Positions 19,354 to 29,152 are shown, counted from the stretch's first letter. The stretch is 64,000 bases of DNA from Eubacteriales bacterium (GCA_045658965.1 JAZOVZ010000050.1:1824-65823), one strand, 5' to 3'. Made by a program: numbers and translations. The notes: generated by a model not told the origin, from the sequence alone.

Positions 19354-20133
19354 ATGGGTCAGAAAGTTAATCCTCACGGCCTCCGCGTAGGCGTGATTAA
19401 GAACTGGGATTCGAGATGGTTTGCCGATGACAAGGTATTCGGTGACACTCTTGTATCCGACTATAACGTAAGAAAGTACCTCAAGAAGCAGCTGCAGGAA
19501 GCTGGCGTTCCCAAGATCGAGATCGAGAGAGACAGCCACAGAGTACGCGTTTTCGTACACTGCGCTAAGCCCGGTATGGTTATCGGTCAGAAGGGTGCTA
19601 ACATTGAGAAGTACAAGAATGAGCTGGAAAAGATGGTTGGCATGCCCGTTGCCCTCAACGTTGTTGAGGTAAGACAGCCCGACCTGAACGCTCAGCTCGT
19701 TGCTGAGAACATTGCAGGCCAGCTGGAGAGACGTGTGTCCTTCCGCCGTGCAATGAAGATGGCAATCCGTAACACCATGAGACTTGGTGCTAAGGGTATC
19801 AAGATTTCTTGCGGCGGCCGCCTTGGCGGTGCAGAAATCGCAAGAAGCGAGCACTATCACGAGGGTACTATCCCGCTGCAGACCCTGAGAGCTGACATTG
19901 AGTACGGCTTCTGGGAAGCAAACACCACCTACGGTAAGATCGGCGTTAAGGTTTGGATCTACCGTGGCGAGGTTCTGAACGAGGTCAACAGACCTGCACA
20001 GAGCCGCGACAACCGCGACAACCGCAGAGGCGACCGCAATAACCGCGGCGACAGACGCGGCAACGGCCGTCCCCAGGGCAACCGTCCTCAGGGTCGTTCC
20101 GAAAGAGCACCCAGAGAAGGAGGTAACAAGTAA
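19354..20133 (+). CDS. rpsC: 30S ribosomal protein S3 with Arg/Gly/Asn-rich C-terminal tail
   Basis: The translation starts [24 protein letters not shown] and has KH and S3-C domains. An extra tail of about 40 aa reads [30 protein letters not shown]. Confidence 0.96.
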   Translation: MGQKVNPHGLRVGVIKNWDSRWFADDKVFGDTLVSDYNVRKYLKKQLQEAGVPKIEIERDSHRVRVFVHCAKPGMVIGQKGANIEKYKNELEKMVGMPVALNVVEVRQPDLNAQLVAENIAGQLERRVSFRRAMKMAIRNTMRLGAKGIKISCGGRLGGAEIARSEHYHEGTIPLQTLRADIEYGFWEANTTYGKIGVKVWIYRGEVLNEVNRPAQSRDNRDNRRGDRNNRGDRRGNGRPQGNRPQGRSERAPREGGNK

Positions 20134-20549
20134 TGTTAATGCCGAAGAGAGTAAAATTCCGTCGCGTTCAGCGCGGAAGACTGAAGGGTAAGGCATCCCG
20201 CGGCAATACCGTTACCAACGGCTCCTACGGCCTGGTAGCTCTTGAGCCCGCATGGATCACCGCAAACCAGATCGAGGCTGCCCGTATTGCTATGACCAGA
20301 CACATCAAGCGTGGCGGTAAGGTTTGGATCAAGATTTTCCCCGATAAGCCCATCACCGAAAAGCCTGCTGAAACCCGTATGGGTTCCGGTAAGGGTTCTC
20401 CGGAGTACTGGGTGGCTGTGGTTAAGCCCGGCAGAGTGATGTTCGAGATGGATGGCGTTGCTCCCGACGTAGCAAAGGAAGCTATGCGTCTTGCAGGTCA
20501 CAAGCTGCCTATTAAGACCAAGTTTGTAATGAAGGAACAGGAGGCATAA
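20133..20549 (+). CDS. rplP: 50S ribosomal protein L16
   Basis: The translation starts [19 protein letters not shown]. Confidence 0.97.
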   Translation: MLMPKRVKFRRVQRGRLKGKASRGNTVTNGSYGLVALEPAWITANQIEAARIAMTRHIKRGGKVWIKIFPDKPITEKPAETRMGSGKGSPEYWVAVVKPGRVMFEMDGVAPDVAKEAMRLAGHKLPIKTKFVMKEQEA

Positions 20550-20553
20550 GTCA

Positions 20554-20742
20554 ATGAAAGCAACAGAGTTGAGAAATCTGACCGTTGAACAGCTCAACGA
20601 GAAGCTCAAGGAACTGAAGACCGAGCTTTTTAACCTCCGTTTCCAGCATGCGATCAACCAGCTTGACAACCCCCACAAGATTGCGGAAGTCAAGAAGGAC
20701 ATCGCTCGCGTAATGACAATTCTTCAAGAGAAGAACGCATAA
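20554..20742 (+). CDS. rpmC: 50S ribosomal protein L29
   Basis: The translation reads [31 protein letters not shown]. Confidence 0.96.
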   Translation: MKATELRNLTVEQLNEKLKELKTELFNLRFQHAINQLDNPHKIAEVKKDIARVMTILQEKNA

Positions 20743-20754
20743 GGGAGGACAGTC

Positions 20755-21012
20755 ATGACTGAAGAAAGAGCACTCAGAAAAGTCAGAGTTGGCATGGTTG
20801 TCAGCGACAAGATGGCAAAGACCGTTACGGTTGCTATCGAAGACAACGTAAAGCACCCCGTCTACGGTAAGATCATCAAGCGCACCCTGAAGGTTCACGC
20901 ACATGATGAACTGGAATGCGGCGTAGGCGATAAGGTTAAGATCATGGAGACCAGACCCCTCTCTAAGACTAAGAGATGGAGAACGGTTGAGATCATCGAA
21001 AAGGCTAAGTAA
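20755..21012 (+). CDS. rpsQ: 30S ribosomal protein S17
   Basis: The translation has ..[28 protein letters not shown]. Confidence 0.96.
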   Translation: MTEERALRKVRVGMVVSDKMAKTVTVAIEDNVKHPVYGKIIKRTLKVHAHDELECGVGDKVKIMETRPLSKTKRWRTVEIIEKAK

Positions 21013-21088
21013 TTTAAGCCAACACACGTAAAAAAAGAATTCGAATAGTAGGTACGTCGAAGCGTATTGAAACAGTAGGAGGAAAAAC

Positions 21089-21457
21089 ATGATTCAGCAG
21101 CAGACATTACTGAAGGTTGCCGACAATACCGGCGCCAAGGAGCTGATGTGCATTCGTGTGCTTGGTGGTACCGGCCGCAGATATGCAAACATCGGCGACG
21201 TCATCGTTTGCGCCGTTAAGAAGGCAGCTCCCGGTGGCGTAGTAAAGAAGGGCGACGTTGTTAAGGCAGTCGTCGTCAGAAGCGTGCACGGCATCAAGCG
21301 TGCAGACGGCTCTTACATCAAGTTTGATGAGAACGCAGCCGTTGTTATTAAGGAAGACAACACCCCCAAGGGTACCCGTATCTTTGGGCCTGTTGCAAGA
21401 GAGCTCCGCGAGAAGGATTATCTGAAGATCCTCTCCCTGGCTCCCGAAGTACTTTAA
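21089..21457 (+). CDS. rplN: 50S ribosomal protein L14
   Basis: The translation starts [27 protein letters not shown]. Confidence 0.97.
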   Translation: MIQQQTLLKVADNTGAKELMCIRVLGGTGRRYANIGDVIVCAVKKAAPGGVVKKGDVVKAVVVRSVHGIKRADGSYIKFDENAAVVIKEDNTPKGTRIFGPVARELREKDYLKILSLAPEVL

Positions 21458-21473
21458 TCGGAGGTAACGAAAA

Positions 21474-21788
21474 ATGGCAAACAATAATATTAAAAGAGAT
21501 GATGTCGTTGTCGTTCTTTCCGGTGACTCCAAGGGCACTAAGGGCAAGGTAATCGCTTGCTCTCCCAAGGAAGGAAAGGTTATCGTTGAAGGCGCAAACA
21601 TGATCCACAAGCACGTTAAGCCCCGCAGACAGGGCGAGACCGGTGGCATCGTTGATGCTGAAGGCGCTATCTATTCCGACAAGGTTGCTCTGTATTGCTC
21701 CAAGTGCGATAAGGGCGTAAGAGTTCACAACAAGGTTGTGGACGGCAAGAAGGTCCGCGTTTGTGCAAAGTGCGGCCAGGAAATCTGA
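21474..21788 (+). CDS. rplX: 50S ribosomal protein L24 (Cys4 variant)
   Basis: The KOW motif KRDDVVVVLSGDSKGTKGKV is present. The C-terminus has a CSKC...CAKC pair. Confidence 0.95.
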   Translation: MANNNIKRDDVVVVLSGDSKGTKGKVIACSPKEGKVIVEGANMIHKHVKPRRQGETGGIVDAEGAIYSDKVALYCSKCDKGVRVHNKVVDGKKVRVCAKCGQEI

Positions 21789-21805
21789 GATAGGAGGATA
21801 AGACA

Positions 21806-22345
21806 ATGGCAAGATTGAGAGATTACTACAAGTCCGAGGTCGTATCCGCCCTCCAGACCAAGTACAACTACAAGAGCGTTATGCAGATCCCCAAGATCGA
21901 CAAGATCGTTATCAACGTGGGCTGCGGCGACGCTAAGGAGAACAGCAAGGTTATCGATGCAGTCATCAACGATCTGTCCCTGATCGCAGGTCAGAAGGCA
22001 GTTCCCACCTACGCAAAGAAGTCCGTTGCAAACTTCAAGCTCCGTGAGGGCATGAAGATCGGTGCAAAGGTTACTCTGCGCGGTGAAAAGATGTACGAGT
22101 TCATGGACAGACTGTTCAACTTCTCCCTCCCCAGAGTTCGTGACTTCAAGGGTATCAACCCCAACGCATTTGACGGTCGCGGCAACTACTCTCTGGGCCT
22201 GAAGGAACAGCTGATCTTCCCCGAAATCGAGTACGATAAGGTAGAGAAGATCCGCGGTATGGACATCTGCTTCGTTACCACGGCACAGACCGACGACGAA
22301 GCAAGAGAACTGCTCACCCTTATGGGCGCTCCGTTCTCCAAGTAA
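21806..22345 (+). CDS. rplE: 50S ribosomal protein L5
   Basis: The translation reads [39 protein letters not shown]. Confidence 0.97.
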   Translation: MARLRDYYKSEVVSALQTKYNYKSVMQIPKIDKIVINVGCGDAKENSKVIDAVINDLSLIAGQKAVPTYAKKSVANFKLREGMKIGAKVTLRGEKMYEFMDRLFNFSLPRVRDFKGINPNAFDGRGNYSLGLKEQLIFPEIEYDKVEKIRGMDICFVTTAQTDDEARELLTLMGAPFSK

Positions 22346-22364
22346 TTAAAGGAGGTATACAAAG

Positions 22365-22550
22365 ATGGCAAAGAAGGCTATGATTCTGAAGCAGCAGAAG
22401 GAGCAGAAGTTCTCCACTCGCCGCTATAACAGATGCAAGATCTGCGGTCGTCCTCACGCGTACCTCCGCAAGTTCGGCATCTGCCGTATCTGCTTCCGTG
22501 AGCTCGCTTACAAGGGCGAGATTCCCGGCGTAAAGAAAGCATCTTGGTAA
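22365..22550 (+). CDS. rpsN: 30S ribosomal protein S14, zinc-binding type Z (61 aa)
   Basis: The translation has [23 protein letters not shown] (CxxC...CxxC). Confidence 0.96.
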   Translation: MAKKAMILKQQKEQKFSTRRYNRCKICGRPHAYLRKFGICRICFRELAYKGEIPGVKKASW

Positions 22551-22608
22551 GATAAACTTACCTTGATATAAGCGGGCGTCTTCAAGATGGAGACGTTCGG
22601 CCCCCAAC

Positions 22609-22714
22609 TATCGGCAGGAAGTTAATCTGCAGTGTGCACACGACCCGCTCTGTGCGGGGTGTGCAACACGAGTTGGACTTAACCGCCGATATGCCGCCGG
22701 CAAAGCCGGCAGCA
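22609..22714 (+). promoter_or_regulatory. structured RNA element in the 200-nt rpsN-rpsH spacer (candidate S8 operator; hypothetical)
   Basis: A long-range helix tatcggc/gccgata (22609-15 with 22685-91) is extended by gttaa/ttaac. It encloses a 12-bp bulged hairpin (22635-22665). A 10-bp hairpin follows at 22692-22714 and has no U-tract. Confidence 0.35.
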
Positions 22715-22749
22715 AGAAAAAATAAAACTTGCATCAGGAGGAAAAGAAA

Positions 22750-23148
22750 ATGCAAATGTCAGACGTAATTGCTGATATGCTCACGAGAATCCGTAATGCG
22801 AACTCCGCAAAGCACGCGACCGTGGACATTCCGGCATCCAACATGAAGAAGGCTATCGCTGAGATCCTTGTTGAAGAGGGCTACGTAAAGAGCTACGAGG
22901 TCATCGAGGATGGCAAGCAGGGCACCATTCGTGTCACCCTGAAGTATCAGGCAAACAAGCAGAAGGTTATTCGTGGCCTTAAGAGAGTATCCAAGCCCGG
23001 TCTGCGTATCTACGCAGGTTGCGAGGATATGCCCAAGGTTATGAACGGCCTGGGAATCGCAATCGTTTCCACGTCCAAGGGAATCATGACCGACAAGAAG
23101 GCTCGCGCGCTCAAGGTTGGCGGCGAAGTCCTGTGCTTCGTCTGGTAA
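22750..23148 (+). CDS. rpsH: 30S ribosomal protein S8
   Basis: ATG 22750 ([17 protein letters not shown]) follows the SD caggagg. Confidence 0.96.
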   Translation: MQMSDVIADMLTRIRNANSAKHATVDIPASNMKKAIAEILVEEGYVKSYEVIEDGKQGTIRVTLKYQANKQKVIRGLKRVSKPGLRIYAGCEDMPKVMNGLGIAIVSTSKGIMTDKKARALKVGGEVLCFVW

Positions 23149-23169
23149 TAGAAACGGGAGGTAAACAAT

Positions 23170-23787
23170 ATGTCTAGAATTGGTAGAATGCCCGTTGAGA
23201 TCCCCGCAGGCGTAACTGCAACCCTGAACGGCAACACTTTGACGGTAAAGGGCCCCCTGGGTACCCTGACCGAAACCTTCAGACCCGAGATCAACATCGC
23301 GATCGAGGGCAATCAGATCATCGTAACTCGTAACTCCGACGAAAAGGAAGAGAGAAGCTTGCATGGTCTGACTCGTGCACTGATTAACAACATGGTAGTC
23401 GGCGTTACCAAGGGTTATCAGAAGGTTCTGATGATCATCGGCGTTGGTTACAAGGCTGTTAAGCAGGGCAAGAACCTGCAGATGTTCCTGGGCCACTCTC
23501 TCAAGCCCAACGGCCAGCCTCAGGATAAGTTCGTAATCGCTGAGACCGACAGCATCAAGCTCGAGGTTCCCTCCGATGACGAGATCAAGAAGCAGGGCAT
23601 CGACAAGATGACCACCGAGAAGATCAACTCCGGTATGATCGTAATCGTTAAGGGCATCAACAAGCAGGAAGTTGGCCAGACCGCTGCAGTTATCAGAGGT
23701 CTGAGAGGTCCCGAGCCTTATCACGGCAAGGGCGTTCGTTATATCGACGAATATGTACGCCGCAAGGTCGGTAAGACCGGTAAATAA
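23170..23787 (+). CDS. rplF: 50S ribosomal protein L6 (205 aa, with insertions in the C-terminal domain)
   Basis: The translation reads MSRIGRMPVEIPAGVTATLNGNTLTVKGPLG...PEPYHGKGVRYIDEYVRRKVGKTGK. It is about 25 aa longer than the roughly 179-aa Bacillus-type L6. Confidence 0.95.
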   Translation: MSRIGRMPVEIPAGVTATLNGNTLTVKGPLGTLTETFRPEINIAIEGNQIIVTRNSDEKEERSLHGLTRALINNMVVGVTKGYQKVLMIIGVGYKAVKQGKNLQMFLGHSLKPNGQPQDKFVIAETDSIKLEVPSDDEIKKQGIDKMTTEKINSGMIVIVKGINKQEVGQTAAVIRGLRGPEPYHGKGVRYIDEYVRRKVGKTGK

Positions 23788-23806
23788 TTGAAAGGAGGAG
23801 TGAACA

Positions 23807-24166
23807 ATGGTATCCAGAAAAGATTCTAACCAGGCTCGTCTGAAGAGACATAAGAGAGTCAGAGCAAAGATTTCCGGCACGGCAGAGCGTCCGCGTCTGG
23901 CAGTATATCGTTCCAACGCTAACATCAGCGCACAGATCATTGATGACGTTGCGGGCGTAACACTGGTATCCGCTTCTTCTTACGGTAACGGTTTTGAAGG
24001 CAACGGCGGTAACAAGGCAGCTGCAAGAGCAGTTGGTAAGATGATTGCAGAAAAGGCAGTCGCACAGGGCATCGTTGAAGTCGTATTCGACAGAGGCGGT
24101 TATCTGTATCACGGACGTGTATCGGAATTGGCTGACGGCGCTCGCGAGGGCGGCCTGAAGTTCTAA
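23807..24166 (+). CDS. rplR: 50S ribosomal protein L18
   Basis: The translation has ..[36 protein letters not shown]. Confidence 0.96.
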   Translation: MVSRKDSNQARLKRHKRVRAKISGTAERPRLAVYRSNANISAQIIDDVAGVTLVSASSYGNGFEGNGGNKAAARAVGKMIAEKAVAQGIVEVVFDRGGYLYHGRVSELADGAREGGLKF

Positions 24167-24235
24167 TCGTAGCTACGATTAGTCCGGTTTGTACACTGTT
24201 CAACTTTTATTGAACAATTCAGGAGGAAACCAGAA

Positions 24236-24739
24236 ATGGCACAAAGAATTAACCCGGCTGAGCTGGATCTGACCGAGCAGCTCGTCGCGCTGAACCGTGT
24301 TTCCAAGACTGTAAAGGGCGGTCGTGTTGCAAGATTTGCAGCACTTATGGTAGTCGGTGACAAGAATGGTCACGTCGGCGTAGGTCTTGGTAAGGCTGCT
24401 GAGGTACCCGAAGCAATCCGCAAGGGTATCGAAGATGCTAAGAAGAATATGATCACTGTATCCCTGAAGGGTACAACAATCCCCCACGAAGTTATCGGTG
24501 AGTTCGGTGCAGGCAGAGTTCTGCTCAAGCCCGCAGCTCTTGGTACCGGTATCATCGCAGGTGGTAAGGTAAGAGCAGTACTTGAGGCTGCAGGTATCTC
24601 TAACATTCGTGCTAAGTGCCTGCGCTCCAACAACCCCACCAACGTTGTTAAGGCAACCATGGAGGGTCTGAAGGCACTGCGTTCCGCTGAGGAAGTTGCG
24701 AAGACTCGTGACATTCCCGTAGAGCAGGTTAAGGGCTAA
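24236..24739 (+). CDS. rpsE: 30S ribosomal protein S5
   Basis: The translation has ..[24 protein letters not shown].. Confidence 0.97.
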   Translation: MAQRINPAELDLTEQLVALNRVSKTVKGGRVARFAALMVVGDKNGHVGVGLGKAAEVPEAIRKGIEDAKKNMITVSLKGTTIPHEVIGEFGAGRVLLKPAALGTGIIAGGKVRAVLEAAGISNIRAKCLRSNNPTNVVKATMEGLKALRSAEEVAKTRDIPVEQVKG

Positions 24740-24755
24740 TAAGGAGGACGTTAAG

Positions 24756-24935
24756 ATGAAGAAGGTAACACTGATTAAGAGTCTTATCGCCGCTAAGCCC
24801 AACCAGAAGGCTACGGCAAAGTCCCTGGGCCTTGTTAAGATCGGTGATTTCATCGTGCACAACGATGACGCTGTTCTGGCAGGCAAGATTAAGGTCATTT
24901 CTCACCTTGTCTCGGTTGAAACCGTAGAAGACTGA
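24756..24935 (+). CDS. rpmD: 50S ribosomal protein L30 (59 aa; below the ORF-track cutoff)
   Basis: My hand translation gives [59 protein letters not shown]. The SD aaggagg lies 6 nt upstream. Confidence 0.92.
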   Translation: MKKVTLIKSLIAAKPNQKATAKSLGLVKIGDFIVHNDDAVLAGKIKVISHLVSVETVED

Positions 24936-24951
24936 TAAGGAGGTACTGAGA

Positions 24952-25392
24952 ATGAAACTGCATAATCTGAAACCCGCTGAAGGTTCCGCAAAGGCTGCAT
25001 GGAGAAAGGGCAGAGGCCCCGGCTCCGGCAACGGCAAGACCGCAGGTAAGGGTCACAAGGGTCAGAACGCACGCTCCGGCGGCGCTGTTCGCACCGGCTT
25101 CGAGGGTGGTCAGTTCCCCATTTACAGACAGCTTCCCAAGAGAGGCTTTAAGAACTACTTCGCAAAGAATTACGCAATTGTTAACGTTGATGCACTGAAC
25201 GTCTTCGAGGACGGCGCAGTTATCGACATGGAAGCACTTCTCGCCAAAAAGATTATCCGCAAGCCCCTGGACGGTCTCAAGGTTCTGGGCAACGGCGAAC
25301 TGACTAAGAAGGTCACTGTAAGAGCGGCAATCTTTTCCGCAACTGCTAAGGCAAAGATTGAGGCAGTAGGTGGACAGGCAGAGGAGGTATAA
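24952..25392 (+). CDS. rplO: 50S ribosomal protein L15
   Basis: The translation reads [12 protein letters not shown]...[19 protein letters not shown]. Confidence 0.97.
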   Translation: MKLHNLKPAEGSAKAAWRKGRGPGSGNGKTAGKGHKGQNARSGGAVRTGFEGGQFPIYRQLPKRGFKNYFAKNYAIVNVDALNVFEDGAVIDMEALLAKKIIRKPLDGLKVLGNGELTKKVTVRAAIFSATAKAKIEAVGGQAEEV

Positions 25393-25394
25393 GG

Positions 25395-26837
25395 ATGTTT
25401 CAGACGTTAAAGAATGCTTGGAAGATTCCGGAGCTTAAGAATAAGCTTCTCTTCACATTGCTTATCGTACTCCTTTACCGCGTTGGTGCGTCTCTCCCCC
25501 TTCCTTGGGTAAGCAACGAACTTTACGGTGCTTTCCAATCCGCCGCAAGCGGTTCGATGTTCCAGTATCTGAACCTGCTGTCGGGCGACGCTTTCAGCAG
25601 AGCTACTCTGTTTGCTCTGTCTGTAAGCCCCTATATTACCGCATCGATCGTCATGCAGCTGCTCACCATCGCAATTCCTGCGCTGGAGAGAATGGCTAAG
25701 GACGGCGAGAACGGTAAGAAGAAGATTACCGCGATCACCCGCGTGGTAACCATTGTATTGGCTCTGGTTACTGCATACGGTTACACGCTGTATCTTGAAA
25801 ACTGGGATCTTAACGCTTACACTTCCGGCATCCAGTCCCCCATGCTTTACGTGGGCGGCAGCGCAGCTCAGCTGTGGTTCTGCCGTATCGCGCTGATCCT
25901 GTGCTACTGCGCAGGCGCATCGCTGATCATGTGGCTGGCAGAGAAGATCAATGAGAAGGGTATCGGTAACGGTATCTCGATCATCCTGTTTGCAAACATC
26001 GTTGCAAGAGTTCCTCAGTATCTGACCTCCACCATTCCCAGCATCTGCAAGTTCCTGACTAAGGGCATTGAGCAGAAGGTTGTTAACGGCATCGTCTACG
26101 GCTTGATCTACGTTGCAGTCGTTGCAGTTATCATTGCAATCTTTGGTTTCGTGGTTTGGTTCACGGGCTCTGAAAGAAGAATTCCGATCACTTACGCTAA
26201 GAGAGTTGTCGGCCGTAAGATGTACGGCGGTCAGTCCTCCAGCCTGCCTCTGAAGTTGAACATGAGCGGCGTTATGCCTATCATCTTCGCAAACTCCATC
26301 GTAGCGCTGCCTGCGACCGTTGCTGCATTCTTTACCTTCGTTCCCAGTGAAGGACATTGGCTCTACTTTGCAAAGGGCTTCATCGTGAAGATGAACGACT
26401 TCTTTGCACAGATGACCGACGTGCTCAACTACACCTCTCCCTTGTATCTGATCATCTTCGTAGCACTGATCATTGCATTCTCTTACTTCTATATTACGAT
26501 CTCCTTCAACCCTGTTGAAGTAGCGAATAATATCAGAAACAACGGTGGTTCCGTACCCGGCATTCGTCCCGGTAAGCCTACCGTTGACTATATCAAAAAG
26601 ATTCTGAACAGAGTTACGCTGATCGGCGGTCTGTTCCTGTGCATCGTATCGGCTCTGCCTTTGCTGTTCGTGATCGTTCTCAACCTGTTTGAGAGCACCG
26701 CGTCCCTGGCAGCTCCTCTGTCCGAAATGGCATTCAGCGGTTCTTCCTTGCTGATCGTCGTCGGCGTTGCACTTGAGACCGTACGCGAGCTCGAGGCTCA
26801 GATCACCCTTAGAAACTATAAGGGTTTCCTTGATTGA
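25395..26837 (+). CDS. secY: preprotein translocase subunit SecY
   Basis: The product is a 480-aa 10-TM protein starting ..ELKNKLLFTLLIVLLYRVGA. Its position after rplO fits. Confidence 0.96.
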   Translation: MFQTLKNAWKIPELKNKLLFTLLIVLLYRVGASLPLPWVSNELYGAFQSAASGSMFQYLNLLSGDAFSRATLFALSVSPYITASIVMQLLTIAIPALERMAKDGENGKKKITAITRVVTIVLALVTAYGYTLYLENWDLNAYTSGIQSPMLYVGGSAAQLWFCRIALILCYCAGASLIMWLAEKINEKGIGNGISIILFANIVARVPQYLTSTIPSICKFLTKGIEQKVVNGIVYGLIYVAVVAVIIAIFGFVVWFTGSERRIPITYAKRVVGRKMYGGQSSSLPLKLNMSGVMPIIFANSIVALPATVAAFFTFVPSEGHWLYFAKGFIVKMNDFFAQMTDVLNYTSPLYLIIFVALIIAFSYFYITISFNPVEVANNIRNNGGSVPGIRPGKPTVDYIKKILNRVTLIGGLFLCIVSALPLLFVIVLNLFESTASLAAPLSEMAFSGSSLLIVVGVALETVRELEAQITLRNYKGFLD

Positions 26838-26869
26838 TCCGGCTAATTTAAACCGAAAGGAACAACAAC

Positions 26870-27508
26870 ATGAATTTGATTTTAATGGGCGCTCCCGGTG
26901 CAGGTAAAGGTACCCAATCCGCGAGAATTTCGGAAAAATTCAATATCCCCGCGATTGCAACCGGCGACATTCTGCGCGGTGCAATGAAGGCAGGAACCGA
27001 GCTTGGTCTCTCTGCAAAGAGCTACGTTGAGGCCGGCAAGCTGGTCCCCGATGAGGTTGTCATCGGCATTATCAAGGAATATCTTTCGACAGACGCATGT
27101 AAGAACGGATTTATCCTGGACGGCTTCCCCCGTTCCATTCCCCAGGCTCAGGCTCTGGAGGATATGGGCGTTCGCATCGATGCTGTACTGAGCATCGAGG
27201 TTGCCGATGAGAAGATCGTTGAAAGAATGAGCGGACGCAGAGTTTGCTCCTGCGGTGCTTCTTATCACATCCTGTATATTCCGCCTAAGACTGCTGACGT
27301 TTGTGACAAGTGCGGCGCGGCTCTTTATACCAGAGCGGACGACGCAGCAGAAACTGTAATTAACAGACTTAAGACGTTCCACGCTCAAACCGAGCCCCTG
27401 AAGGAATTCTACGCAGAGAAGGGAATTCTCCTTACCGTAGAAGGTCAGGAAGAGGTCGCTGATACGACCGCCCTGGTATTCAAGGCTCTGGAAAAGTTTG
27501 AGGCGTAA
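26870..27508 (+). CDS. adk: adenylate kinase
   Basis: The translation starts MNLILMGAPGAGKGTQ. The lid carries Cys residues (CSCG...CDKCG). Confidence 0.96.
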   Translation: MNLILMGAPGAGKGTQSARISEKFNIPAIATGDILRGAMKAGTELGLSAKSYVEAGKLVPDEVVIGIIKEYLSTDACKNGFILDGFPRSIPQAQALEDMGVRIDAVLSIEVADEKIVERMSGRRVCSCGASYHILYIPPKTADVCDKCGAALYTRADDAAETVINRLKTFHAQTEPLKEFYAEKGILLTVEGQEEVADTTALVFKALEKFEA

Positions 27509-27532
27509 CTCGGGTTCGATCTGAGGTATCTG

Positions 27533-28294
27533 ATGATACAGCTCAAAAACGCAGCTCAGATCAAAGCCATGAGAGAAGCGGGTCGTATCACGGGCGAAGC
27601 TTTGCTTGTTGCCCGTGAGCACGTCCGCGAAGGCGTCAGCACCTACGAGCTCGATCAGGTCATCAGACACTACATCGAGAAATCGGGTGCAAAGCCCTCC
27701 TTCCTGGGGCTGTACGGCTTTCCGGGAAGCGCGTGCATCAGCGTCAACGATGAGGTCATCCACGGCATTCCTTCCAAGAAGAAGATCTTGCGCGAGGGTG
27801 ACATCGTGAAGATTGACCTGGGTGCGTGCTACAAGGGCTACCACGGAGACAGCGCGAGAACCATTCCGGTAGGAAAGGTGAGCGACGAGGCAGCAAAGCT
27901 GATCGAGGTAACGAGAAATAGCTTTTTTGCAGGCGTCGGACAGCTGAAGGCGGGCAACCGTCTTGGCGACGTTGGCTCCGCGATCGATACGCTTGTCAAA
28001 GAAAACGGCTTTTCAACCGTACGCAAGTACATCGGCCACGGCATCGGTAAAGAGGTGCACGAGGCGCCGGACGTACCCAACTACGGCACTCCCGGACGCG
28101 GCGTACGCATCTGCTCGGGTATGGTGCTTGCCATCGAACCGATGGTGAATGCAGGTACCTTTGAGGTCAGAGAGCTTGCCGACGGCTGGACTGTGGTGAC
28201 TGCAGACAGAAAGCTGTCCGCGCACTACGAAAACACCGTGGCACTGACCGATGAAGGCGTGCTGAATCTGACGCTGGTCGATCAGGAATTTTAA
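27533..28294 (+). CDS. map: type I methionine aminopeptidase
   Basis: The translation has ..VIHGIPS...DIVKIDLGA..GYHGDSA..HGIG...LAIEPM. Confidence 0.95.
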   Translation: MIQLKNAAQIKAMREAGRITGEALLVAREHVREGVSTYELDQVIRHYIEKSGAKPSFLGLYGFPGSACISVNDEVIHGIPSKKKILREGDIVKIDLGACYKGYHGDSARTIPVGKVSDEAAKLIEVTRNSFFAGVGQLKAGNRLGDVGSAIDTLVKENGFSTVRKYIGHGIGKEVHEAPDVPNYGTPGRGVRICSGMVLAIEPMVNAGTFEVRELADGWTVVTADRKLSAHYENTVALTDEGVLNLTLVDQEF

Positions 28295-28337
28295 TTACGA
28301 TTTCATGCAAGTGACAAACAAGTAAGGAGGGATTATT

Positions 28338-28556
28338 CTGTCGAAGGACGACGTTATTGAGTTTGAAGGCGTTGTAGTAGAAGCAATGCCCAATGCAAAC
28401 TTCAAAGTGAAGCTTCCCAACGGACATATCGTCAAAGCGCATATCTCCGGCAAGCTTCGTATGAATTATATCAGAATTCTGCCCGGTGATAAGGTAACCG
28501 TTGAGGTCTCGGTATACGACCTTGATAAGGGCCGCATCACATGGCGCGCTAAATAA
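28338..28556 (+). CDS. infA: translation initiation factor IF-1, apparently with a non-canonical (CTG or ATT) start codon
   Basis: My hand translation gives (L/M)[71 protein letters not shown]. An in-frame TAA sits at 28323-25. The SD AAGGAGG occupies 28324-30. No ATG, GTG or TTG lies before the conserved N-terminus. Confidence 0.88.
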   Translation: MSKDDVIEFEGVVVEAMPNANFKVKLPNGHIVKAHISGKLRMNYIRILPGDKVTVEVSVYDLDKGRITWRAK

Positions 28557-28597
28557 GATTTTACGAATAACTCGAAAGAAAGGTATGGTATAACGTA

Positions 28598-28711
28598 ATG
28601 AAGGTTAAACCGTCCGTCAAGAAGATCTGCGAAAAGTGCAAGATCATCAAGAGAAAAGGTAAAGTCATGGTTATCTGCGAGAACCCCAAGCACAAGCAGA
28701 AGCAGGGTTAA
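28598..28711 (+). CDS. rpmJ: 50S ribosomal protein L36 (37 aa, zinc type)
   Basis: My hand translation gives [37 protein letters not shown]. Confidence 0.93.
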   Translation: MKVKPSVKKICEKCKIIKRKGKVMVICENPKHKQKQG

Positions 28712-28764
28712 TCTCGAGAACCACGACAAACAAACAACTAAACCAAACGAAGAGGTGAATAAGA

Positions 28765-29133
28765 ATGGCTCGTATAGCTGGTGTTGATATTCCCAACAAC
28801 AAGCGCGTTGACATCGCCCTTACCTACATTTACGGTATCGGTCGTAAGAGCGCTACAGACATCCTCACTAAGACCGGCATTGATCCCGCAATCCGCGCTA
28901 AGGATCTGACCGAGGAAGACATTGCAAAGCTGCGTGACGAAATCGAAAACTTCTACACTGTAGAAGGTGATCTCCGTCGTGAAGTTGCCATGAACATCAA
29001 GAACATGGTAGAAATCAACTGCTACCGCGGTGTCAGACACAGAAAGGGCTTGCCCGTCAGAGGACAGAGAACCAAGACTAACGCAAGAACCAGAAAAGGT
29101 CCCGCAAAGACCATTGCGAACAAGAAGAAGTAA
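28765..29133 (+). CDS. rpsM: 30S ribosomal protein S13
   Basis: The translation starts [26 protein letters not shown]. Confidence 0.97.
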   Translation: MARIAGVDIPNNKRVDIALTYIYGIGRKSATDILTKTGIDPAIRAKDLTEEDIAKLRDEIENFYTVEGDLRREVAMNIKNMVEINCYRGVRHRKGLPVRGQRTKTNARTRKGPAKTIANKKK

Positions 29134-29152
29134 TAAAGGAGTGGCATAGAAT

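Noticed and set aside
21690-21788. The Cys4 (CSKC...CAKC) knuckle in L24 as a novel zinc-binding ribosomal protein variant.
   Set aside because: It differs from Bacillus and E. coli L24, but from memory, Cys-containing L24 C-termini occur in other lineages such as Thermus and Thermotoga-type sequences. It is therefore probably a known C+ form. It is noted in the feature evidence only.
22692-22714. The GC-rich hairpin before rpsH considered as an internal terminator of the spc operon.
   Set aside because: It is followed by an A-rich tract (agaaaaaataaaa), not a U-tract, and rpsH and the downstream essential genes need read-through. I treated it as part of the structured spacer instead.
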